Assembly (NCBI GenBank): GCA_030592985.1
Contig: JAUVIB010000001.1
Span: forward strand, 1 to 32,239
Reading direction: 5' to 3'
DNA from: Calditrichaceae bacterium
GTDB taxonomy: Bacteria > Calditrichota > Calditrichia > Calditrichales > Calditrichaceae
Length of the DNA stretch: 32,239 nt
The notes beneath the pieces were generated by a model. The model was given only the letters and a program-made list of their open reading frames with translations, had not been told where the DNA came from and did no database searches. Below, piece after piece: positions 9,274-17,405 of this stretch (position 1 is its first letter; the number at the start of each line of letters is the position of its first letter). Both the position numbers and the translations under genes were made by a program.

Positions 9274-10017
9274 TTAGATATATTTTTCTCTGTCCTTAAA
9301 TAATTTCTGAATGTAACTATCTTCAAAAGGTGCTGTAAATACCAATCCTGCCTCACGATAAACGGATAGCGGAATCCCGATATCAGCGAGAAATATTTCG
9401 CTGCTGTCCCTCACTGAAAGCCCCGTTTTGGGAAGGGCTAATGTCAATACTTTATCAGCTTTAAAATAACTTCCACTCTTATCTCCGCTAGATGCATTAA
9501 CACCCGATGGCACATCAAGAGAGATTGTTTCAGCTGTAGATGAATTACCATAATCAATTAATTTTTTGATAATCCCCGTTACCGGTTTATTCAGACTATA
9601 TCCAATCAAAGCATCTATAATCAATTTATAATGTGTATCATGCAATACATCTAATCCTTTGACAATCTTTCCCTGTGTTGTCCGATAAACCATATATTGA
9701 AGAGCAGACGGCTCGGAAAGAGAATGTTCATCGGATAGACATAGAGAAATATCCCCCCCGTGATTCGCCAAATGTCTGGCCGCACATATTCCTCCTCCCC
9801 CGTTTCCGCCTTTTCCCGCCATAATTAAAACCGGTATATCCTGCCAGTTTCTTCCTAGTGTAAACTTAACAAAATCAGCAAGATTCCGCCCGGCATTCTC
9901 CATCATCTGATATATATTGGGTCCAAGCCGGTTGATTGCGATATCATCAATCTCGCGCATTTTCTCTGCTGTTATGGCCGGAACCTTAATTCCAGACTCA
10001 GTAAAATATATTTCCAT
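9274..10017 (-). CDS. NAD(P)H-hydrate epimerase (stand-alone YjeF_N domain protein)
   Basis: The motifs are VLIMAGKGGNGGGGICAARHLANHG, IIDALIGYSL and LDVPSGVN. The 247-aa length leaves no room for a fused C-terminal dehydratase domain. Confidence 0.8.
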   Translation of the reverse strand: MEIYFTESGIKVPAITAEKMREIDDIAINRLGPNIYQMMENAGRNLADFVKFTLGRNWQDIPVLIMAGKGGNGGGGICAARHLANHGGDISLCLSDEHSLSEPSALQYMVYRTTQGKIVKGLDVLHDTHYKLIIDALIGYSLNKPVTGIIKKLIDYGNSSTAETISLDVPSGVNASSGDKSGSYFKADKVLTLALPKTGLSVRDSSEIFLADIGIPLSVYREAGLVFTAPFEDSYIQKLFKDREKYI

Positions 10018-10283
10018 AATTTCTTTCTGTTTTATCTCTTAGACGCATTTTAAACATAATCCTTACAAAAAAATTCAATTGTATACTTAATAACAACTGA
10101 GTTTTAATGCATTTTTCTTAAGGTACTTTTTTTGTTGATATTATCTTTTTTACTTACATTCTTTTAACAAATAGAAAGTATCCTTGGATTAATGAATTCA
10201 TACTAAAATTATTTAAAGTTTTTTTCAAAGGAGGAAATATTTTACTGGATAATGTAGCGGGGAAAAAGGTATTAATTTTATTC

Positions 10284-10769
10284 TTGTTATACCTTTTATT
10301 TGCTCTTATTATTTTTCCATCCTTGCCAAGAAGTAAGGCAGGAATACTTGATATCAAATATCATTACACCCCACAACAAGCTTACGATATTATCGGGAAC
10401 TATTCTCCCGAAGAACGCATAAATTATTCTATTTCAGCTCTTACCATTGATATTATATATCCAATCATATACTCTTTATTTCTATCTTCCTTAATAATAT
10501 TAATAGTTAGAAATTTATCCATCAGCACAGAAACATTACACAGATTATGCTACCTGCCCATTTCAGCAGCCATCTTCGATTTAATGGAGAATACATCCTT
10601 GGTTATCTTAATGATTTACTATCCGGGAAGGATTCATGGATTAGCTTTTTTTGCAGGATATTTTACGGCGGTCAAATGGCCTTTAGTGGTTATCAGTCTT
10701 TTATTGGTATTGATCTTTTCGATTATGTTACTAATTAGAAAGTATATAAGTCGACCACGAGGAATATAG
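10284..10769 (+). CDS. Hypothetical integral membrane protein (about 4 TM spans), family not recognised
   Basis: The ORF is strongly hydrophobic and periodic. The start is uncertain: 10284 is a TTG and the frame stays open far upstream. A GGAGG at 10230-10234 has no canonical in-frame start at a good spacing. Confidence 0.5.
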   Translation: MLYLLFALIIFPSLPRSKAGILDIKYHYTPQQAYDIIGNYSPEERINYSISALTIDIIYPIIYSLFLSSLIILIVRNLSISTETLHRLCYLPISAAIFDLMENTSLVILMIYYPGRIHGLAFFAGYFTAVKWPLVVISLLLVLIFSIMLLIRKYISRPRGI

Positions 10770-10812
10770 CTAATCGCCTTTAAAACGATCAGCCATATTT
10801 TTTCATATCTTG

Positions 10813-12312
10813 TCAGTCGTTAACAAGGCGATTAGATAATTGTGCTAAATCAGATTCTACCGAATTATCCGTCCGGATTTCATTAAAAGGAATACTATAT
10901 TCTTTCCCTGAGAGCACAGCCGGCATTTCATCTGTCCTACCCTCTAATACCAGCTTTCTTAGCTGCCGTGCCATCCTCTGAGCCAACATCAAATCCAGAT
11001 TATTGGGCATAGCACCACGAATATCCCGGGAGAAACCTTCACAGACCAATTTGTTCTTAGTTTTAAAACCGGCGGCAAATAGCTCATCACGAAAATATTC
11101 AGCAGCATTACCATTATACTTCTTTTCTTTTCGCTCTTTATCTTTATAACCTTCTGCCACAACGATAACAGCTTCCTGACGTTTTTCTAATTCCTTAATT
11201 ATTTTTATAATATTTAATCTTGATGAAGGAAGCACTGCCAGGTGAGCGCCTGCCCCTAATGCCGAATGCAATGCATGAAAACCGCCCTGGGCTCCCATCA
11301 TTTCAATTAAATAAATTCTGTTATGGGTGCGTGCATCAGCCATATAGCAGCGAATTTTTTCAGCGCCGACTTCAACACCTGTAAATTCTCCAATACAATC
11401 AGAGCCATAGATATCGGAATCAATGGTAACCGGAACAAAAAATATCTGCATGCTTTTCGGAAGCATTTCACTTAAGTTATTCATACCGGCAAATGTCCCA
11501 TCTCCACCTATCCCAATAAGAATTTTTACTTTTCTATTAACAATATTCTTAGCCGCTTTTTTTTGATTTTCAACTTTTTTAAACTCAGGATAGCGTTCTG
11601 TCCTAAAATCGGCGCCCCGTGCTTCGCGTAATGGCGGTGAAAAAAGAACTCCCGGAATATGTTCGAGACTCTGATAGGTGTCCGGATTATATATTAAACG
11701 ACGATAATCTGATGTTAGATTTGATACGATTGAACGGAAACCTTCAGCTGCGATATACACCTTATAACCCGCATTCTCCAAATACTCGGAAATAAAAGCC
11801 GTAACAGGGTTATATCCCGGTGCACAACCTCCATCCTGTATAAGAAGCACTTCAATTTCATCATATAGTTTAGTTTCTTCACGAATATAAGATGCGATCA
11901 ATTTGGCAAGCCCTTTAAAAACTTTAGCAGAGACAGATGGCGGAACTATTTTTTCATTTTCAAGATCATTTTCATTAAAAGAGTAGAGTATTCCGGCAGA
12001 AAGACACGTAACGGTACCTGTTCTATCTCGATTATCAAGCGCCGCAATTTCACCAAAAAAATCCCCTTTTTTAAAAGTTTTTATATTTCTACCCATTTTA
12101 TTCAGACAATATTCACCACTCTCAACAAAGAAGAAATCTTTTCCGCTTTCCCCCTCCCGCAATATAACGTCATTTGTTTTATAATGATATTTTTTTAAAA
12201 CATTAATAATCGGTAATATGTCAGATTCGTTAAAATCCCGAAATGGGGACACCGTCTGTATGAAACTTACCAGCGATGACTGATCTTTTTCTATTTTATC
12301 CTTTATAACCAT
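10813..12312 (-). CDS. Cyclic-nucleotide-binding domain fused to a PFK-family (6-phosphofructokinase-like) domain
   Basis: Residues 20-125 or so form a CAP/cNMP domain with the cassette FFGEIAALDNRDRTGTV. Residues 150-470 or so carry PFK motifs: GGCAPGYN, IGIGGDGT, PVTIDSDI, EMMGAQGG and SRDIRGAMPNNLDLMLAQRMA. Confidence 0.75.
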   Translation of the reverse strand: MVIKDKIEKDQSSLVSFIQTVSPFRDFNESDILPIINVLKKYHYKTNDVILREGESGKDFFFVESGEYCLNKMGRNIKTFKKGDFFGEIAALDNRDRTGTVTCLSAGILYSFNENDLENEKIVPPSVSAKVFKGLAKLIASYIREETKLYDEIEVLLIQDGGCAPGYNPVTAFISEYLENAGYKVYIAAEGFRSIVSNLTSDYRRLIYNPDTYQSLEHIPGVLFSPPLREARGADFRTERYPEFKKVENQKKAAKNIVNRKVKILIGIGGDGTFAGMNNLSEMLPKSMQIFFVPVTIDSDIYGSDCIGEFTGVEVGAEKIRCYMADARTHNRIYLIEMMGAQGGFHALHSALGAGAHLAVLPSSRLNIIKIIKELEKRQEAVIVVAEGYKDKERKEKKYNGNAAEYFRDELFAAGFKTKNKLVCEGFSRDIRGAMPNNLDLMLAQRMARQLRKLVLEGRTDEMPAVLSGKEYSIPFNEIRTDNSVESDLAQLSNRLVND

Positions 12313-12394
12313 AATTGATCCTTTATTTAAATAAATGGATAAAGATTATGAAGAAAATACCAAAAAAACGCGGCATTTTGGAAGAGGAAAAAAG

Positions 12395-14224
12395 TTATTC
12401 GATTACAGTAGTAAGCAAATTGTCTTTTTGGAGTATGTCTTCAAACTTACTCAACTCCAGCGGTTTGCTAAATAAATATCCTTGATATTTATCACAGTTA
12501 TATTTATTTAATACATGAAGATCTTCGAGCTGTTCCACACCTTCAGCAATAATATCTTTTTTAAGATTCTGGCCTAAAATAATGATAGATTTAACAAGTT
12601 CCTTATGATAATCACTTGTATTCAGATATTGAATAAATGATTTATCAATTTTTATAGCCGTAGCAGGAATCCGATGGAGATAAGAAAGGGAAGCAAAACC
12701 GGTTCCGAAATCATCGATTGCTAAACCAACGCCAAGATCGGAAATCTTTTCAATATTATTTAAGACTGTGCTATGATCATCCAAATAACTTGTTTCTGTT
12801 AATTCTAATTGTATTTTAGATGGATCTAAATGAAGATAATTAAGTGTATTAGTAATGCGTCTTACAATATTTGAAGCTTTTAATTGTTTTGCCGATAAAT
12901 TAATAGAGACATAGAGATCATGATCTACTTTATTTGAAAATGATTTATAATCATAACAGGCTTTGTTAAATACCCAGTCTCCGATATTGGTAATTAAATT
13001 GCTTTCTTCTGCGATAGGAATAAATGTATCAGGTGAAATCCAACCAAGTTCAGGACTGTGCCACCTTAATAGAGCTTCCGATCCAACGATAACATAATTA
13101 TTTTTTGATTCGTTTTTTGCAACAATCGGTTGATATACAACCTTAAATTGATTTTCATAATCTTGTTTTTCAACGAGTGTTTTTAAATTTCGTTCAATCA
13201 AGGTCTTGTTGGCGGCAGCTTCATTCATTTTAAGCGAAAAGTATTGATAATTATTCTTTCCTTTTCGTTTAGCATAATGAATGGCTGTATTAAGATTTTT
13301 AAGAAGAGCTTCTTTATCATTTCCATCTCTTGGCATGACAACAATCCCAATACTTGTTGTTAAATAAGAGATGTTTTGTCCGAAAATCATATACGGTGCG
13401 GAAAGATAAGAAATTAACTTTTCAGCAATTCTACCGGGTTCATATTTGTCTTTAACTTCTGAAAGAATAATACCAAATTCATTTCCACCAATGCGAAAAA
13501 TTGTATCAACTCCCGGTAAGGATAATTTTACTCTTGAAGCGGCCTCTTTTAGAACCATATCCCCAAAATGAAAACCAAGGGAATCATTAACCATTTTAAA
13601 ATTATCTAAATCGCAGGTAAGTATTGCAGAATAAGGATGATGGCCATGTTTAAGAACATCTAAATGATTATCTAAATATGTATAAAAAGCATATCTGTTT
13701 TTCAGACTCGTTAATTGATCATGATTAGCAAGATATTTAATTTCTCGTTGGCTTAAAATTGTTGCACTTAGGTTGTTACCAAATGAATAGATATATTCAA
13801 CCTTTTCGGGATTTTTTTGTGAGAAGACAGGTTTAAATGTTCGTTTAAAATAGAGGATTTTACTATTCTCTACAAATGGCAGTTTTTCTGTAAATGTAAT
13901 TGTTTTCTTTTCGTTAAGCACTTTATTAAAATGGGTGATTCGCTTTTTTAGCGCTTCTTTATTGATGCCAATTTTTTTAAAAAAATATACATCACTTTGA
14001 CCAATGATCGACTCCCGTAATTCACGATCAGGGATATATTGCTCATTCGCAAAAATATAGCTTCCCAATGGATCATAAACGGCAACTTCCATTGGAACAT
14101 CTTTGAAAATTTTAAATAAATTTTCTTTAATCAGTTTTTCATTATTAGATGAAGTAAACAAGTCCATAAATAATTTCAATATACTAGTCAGGATTTCAGT
14201 TATCATATTCCTATTAATTTGCAT
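12395..14224 (-). CDS. PAS-like / degenerate GGDEF (GGNEF) / EAL protein, a probable c-di-GMP phosphodiesterase
   Basis: The GGDEF domain carries RIGGNEFGI, with Asn replacing the catalytic acidic residue, and I saw no RxxD I-site. The EAL domain motifs appear complete: EALLRW, NLS, ELTE, DDFGTG, KIDKSF, EGVE and QGYLFSKP. Confidence 0.88.
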   Translation of the reverse strand: MQINRNMITEILTSILKLFMDLFTSSNNEKLIKENLFKIFKDVPMEVAVYDPLGSYIFANEQYIPDRELRESIIGQSDVYFFKKIGINKEALKKRITHFNKVLNEKKTITFTEKLPFVENSKILYFKRTFKPVFSQKNPEKVEYIYSFGNNLSATILSQREIKYLANHDQLTSLKNRYAFYTYLDNHLDVLKHGHHPYSAILTCDLDNFKMVNDSLGFHFGDMVLKEAASRVKLSLPGVDTIFRIGGNEFGIILSEVKDKYEPGRIAEKLISYLSAPYMIFGQNISYLTTSIGIVVMPRDGNDKEALLKNLNTAIHYAKRKGKNNYQYFSLKMNEAAANKTLIERNLKTLVEKQDYENQFKVVYQPIVAKNESKNNYVIVGSEALLRWHSPELGWISPDTFIPIAEESNLITNIGDWVFNKACYDYKSFSNKVDHDLYVSINLSAKQLKASNIVRRITNTLNYLHLDPSKIQLELTETSYLDDHSTVLNNIEKISDLGVGLAIDDFGTGFASLSYLHRIPATAIKIDKSFIQYLNTSDYHKELVKSIIILGQNLKKDIIAEGVEQLEDLHVLNKYNCDKYQGYLFSKPLELSKFEDILQKDNLLTTVIE

Positions 14225-14544
14225 GGATTTTTAGAGCATTTAGTATTCATTTTAACAATTTTAAGTAGTTCGCCTGTTTCCGTACAAATACTATGAAATA
14301 CACCATTAAATTAACAAGAAGTTTATTTATTCTTGTGTTCTATATCAAAATATAAAGTTTAATAGAAATAATCGTACTTGGCATATAACAAAAAAAATCG
14401 TATCTTAAAACTGTTAATTGATTACTTAAATATAATTAATATTTTAAACGCCTTTAAGTTATTCAGGAAAGAAATTAAAAGCAACTATCAATAGGATTAA
14501 TATAACTAATTTTTCTCTTAGTTTCTTATAATAATGGATATTAA

Positions 14545-15135
14545 ATGATATTTTTTTTGATGCATAACCATACCTCTGGCGTAAATCCGGAGAACTGGGT
14601 TGATCTTTATGCTGACTCATTATATCGATTTGCCATTTTAAGAATAAATGATAAAAATTTAGCACAAGATTTAGTTCAGGATACTTTTTTATCAGCTTTA
14701 AAAAGCTTAAATAAATTCAAACAAAAGAGTACTGTTCAAACCTGGCTTATAACTATTTTAAAACATAAAATTGTTGATCATTATAGAAAATCCTTTACCG
14801 ACGATGAAAATGATACGTTTTCGACTTCCTCCAACGGCGATTTAAATGATTATTTAGAAAATGGAATGTGGAATACAGAGAAAGCCCCACGAAAATGGCA
14901 TAAAACGGCTGATGATATATTTGAAGAAAAGGAATTTCTGGAAACATTACATCAATGCCTGTCATTACTTCCTGAACAATCCAGGAAAGTTTTTTCTTTA
15001 AGAGAAATTGATGGAATGAAATCAATAGAAATATGTAAGGAATTAAATATTTCAACGTCCAATTTATGGGTGCTACTGCATAGAGCTCGTAATGGATTAA
15101 GGAAATGTATTGAAAAAACATGGATGGCGCCATAG
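14545..15135 (+). CDS. ECF-type RNA polymerase sigma factor (sigma-70 group 4)
   Basis: Region 2 reads LYRFAILRINDKNLAQDLVQDTFLSALKSLNKF...TWLITILKHKIVDHYRK. Region 4 reads LPEQSRKVFSLREIDGMKSIEICKELNISTSNLWVLLHRARNGLRKCIE. The start may instead be the ATG at 14560. Confidence 0.9.
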   Translation: MIFFLMHNHTSGVNPENWVDLYADSLYRFAILRINDKNLAQDLVQDTFLSALKSLNKFKQKSTVQTWLITILKHKIVDHYRKSFTDDENDTFSTSSNGDLNDYLENGMWNTEKAPRKWHKTADDIFEEKEFLETLHQCLSLLPEQSRKVFSLREIDGMKSIEICKELNISTSNLWVLLHRARNGLRKCIEKTWMAP

Positions 15136-15200
15136 CGCGAAATTAATTAATAGAGTGAGATTCCTTTACAAGTTAAAAGAATAAGAGCAGTAGTTAAATT

Positions 15201-15521
15201 ATGAAAAAGATAGTACATAAAATAAATATGGGTTTAATGATGCTGATCGCAATGGGAACTCCATCCTGCGAAATTATCGGCAGAAAAATTTCAGAATCAT
15301 TTGACCGCCCATTAACCATAAAAGAGCGCATTCAGATAAAAATCCATTTATTAGGGTGTGTATTTTGCTTACGTTATAGAGATCAGCTTATCAAACTGCA
15401 TCAAATGGCTTCAAAATTAGCAGATGGGTTTGAGCAAAACAAACAAGATGAAATAAAACTTGATCCTAATATTAAATTAAAAATTAAAGAAAAAATAAAG
15501 ACCCATCATTCTCCCTCATAG
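15201..15521 (+). CDS. Small soluble ZAS-type (zinc-binding) anti-sigma factor
   Basis: It lies immediately downstream of the ECF sigma gene. It carries an HxxxCxxC motif (HLLGCVFC, nt 15345-15368) and a Cys 26 residues upstream (nt 15267-15269). No C-terminal TM segment is evident. The true start may be an internal Met at 15237 or 15252. Confidence 0.75.
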   Translation: MKKIVHKINMGLMMLIAMGTPSCEIIGRKISESFDRPLTIKERIQIKIHLLGCVFCLRYRDQLIKLHQMASKLADGFEQNKQDEIKLDPNIKLKIKEKIKTHHSPS

Positions 15522-15889
15522 ACGCCAATATAAATATCGGGTAAATATGTATAGAAAAACAATTGACACGATTAAGAACCCGGTAAATGACTTTTTTTGA
15601 ATAAAAGAATCATTGTAAAAGAAAATAAAACCATTGTTCATTTACAGCCAATCTGGAGGAATATGAATAATAGCGTTTGTATATCAAAATCTATTTCTAA
15701 TGAATCAATAGATTATTGCGAGCTAACCTTAATAAACTATCACAGTTGATTATCTGTATTAAGAAATTCCCATTGAACAATATTTGACCCATTAGTTAAA
15801 CTATCCCCCATACATCAAGTGCTTTGTTACTGTTTTTATTAATAATTGAATAGACTCCATCATACTTTAAATCTCACATGGGATTACTT

Positions 15890-17179
15890 TTAACCCTGTT
15901 CAACCGGGCGGCGTAACAGGGCAAAATTTCCCTGAAAATCAGGAATATTTATGTTGACGTCAATACCTCCGCCATGGGCGGTTTGTAAGCTATTACTCTC
16001 TAAATCTTCAATTGATTTCACTTTAAATGGAATTGTAGCAGCAGGTGTTATCAACTCTAACCTGTCGCCGCAACTAAAACGATTACGAACACGAATTTTT
16101 GCCTTGTGTAAATCTTTATTACACTCATCCACTATACCCACGAAGGTATGCGTATGATCATTGGAATGACTGTTTTCATAATTTTGACCCTTATCGAGCG
16201 GATTTTTTTCAAGGAAACCGCTAACGTATCCACGATTCGCTACGGCTTTAACTTCATTTTTAATATTTTCATCTACCATACCATGATCAATTACCTGGTC
16301 AATTGCCTGGCGGTAAGCACGCGTAATGACACTTACATAATAAAGCGATTTTGTTCTTCCTTCGATCTTAAAACTATCTATTCCGGCTTCGTATAAATCC
16401 TTAATCAATCCTATGGTGTTCAGATCTTTGGCATTCATAATATAGGTACCATGTTCATCTTCATCAATCGGCATTAACGATCCGGGACGTTCACTCTCTT
16501 CAAGATAATATTTATTATTTAGTGGAAGATAATCCACTTCTTTTTCAATTTTCGACGCCGGTTCCTGATAGAGATTATATTGCCAGCGACAGGCATTCGT
16601 GCAACTTCCCTGGTTAGCATCTCTGTGGGTAAAATAGTTTGAAAGAAGGCAGCGGCCGGAATAAGCAATGCAGATAGCTCCGTGAATAAATGTTTCCAAT
16701 TCAATATCCGGTACACGCTGTTTTATCTCTATGATTTCATCTATCGAAAGCTCTCTGCTTAATATAATTCTCTTTAATCCCAGGTCTTTCCAGAATTTCA
16801 CAGTCCGCCAATTTATTGTATTAGCCTGTGTTGATAGATGAATTACCAATTCCGGATATTTTTCTCTTGCCTCTATAATCATTCCGGGATCGGACATTAT
16901 TAGTGCATCCGGTTTTAAATCAGCAATAGACTCTAAGGATTTCAGGAAAGGTTCCACCTTACGATTATGGGGAAAAATATTCATCGTCAAGTAGAATTGT
17001 TTTTCAATGCTATGGGCATAGGCCAAAGCCTCTTTCAACTTTACATGATTAAAATCATTCTCCCTGGTTCGCAGAGAAAATCGTGGCACACCGGCATACA
17101 CGGCATCGGCGCCGAAGGAAAATGCGTACTGCATTTTTTCGTAGGTCCCGGCCGGTGACAATAATTCAGGTTTATACAT
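15890..17179 (-). CDS. U32 family 'peptidase'-like Fe-S protein (TrhP/YegQ/UbiU-like hydroxylase family)
   Basis: The N-terminus PELLSPAGTYEKMQYAFSFGADAVYAG is typical of U32. A four-Cys motif, CIAYSGRC-x15-CTNAC (C-x6-C-x15-C-x3-C), matches the 4Fe-4S signature described for U32 proteins. I cannot assign a specific substrate. Confidence 0.8.
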   Translation of the reverse strand: MYKPELLSPAGTYEKMQYAFSFGADAVYAGVPRFSLRTRENDFNHVKLKEALAYAHSIEKQFYLTMNIFPHNRKVEPFLKSLESIADLKPDALIMSDPGMIIEAREKYPELVIHLSTQANTINWRTVKFWKDLGLKRIILSRELSIDEIIEIKQRVPDIELETFIHGAICIAYSGRCLLSNYFTHRDANQGSCTNACRWQYNLYQEPASKIEKEVDYLPLNNKYYLEESERPGSLMPIDEDEHGTYIMNAKDLNTIGLIKDLYEAGIDSFKIEGRTKSLYYVSVITRAYRQAIDQVIDHGMVDENIKNEVKAVANRGYVSGFLEKNPLDKGQNYENSHSNDHTHTFVGIVDECNKDLHKAKIRVRNRFSCGDRLELITPAATIPFKVKSIEDLESNSLQTAHGGGIDVNINIPDFQGNFALLRRPVEQG

Positions 17180-17405
17180 ATTTTATATCCAAAATTGACA
17201 TGACAAAAAAGTAAACATAAATTTATAGGAATTTCATTCAACAATCAAATCGTCTAAAAAAATGTACTATTCAGAAATAACCTATTTTTAAATTCGGTAG
17301 TATTTACGGTGAAATTTATATATCTACCATCTTGAAAATAATTTTGATTTTCATACTCAATTGCTTAAGATTGTTTAAATTATAAATATCAAGCGGAAAA
17401 CCAGT

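Noticed and set aside
14225-14544. I searched the 320-bp divergent intergenic region for an autoregulatory ECF promoter (GAAC-N16-17-CGT type) and for a c-di-GMP riboswitch in the GGDEF-EAL leader.
   Set aside because: I found only loose matches, for example CGTATC without a properly spaced -35-like AAC, and no GEMM-like conserved core. This is not enough to call either.
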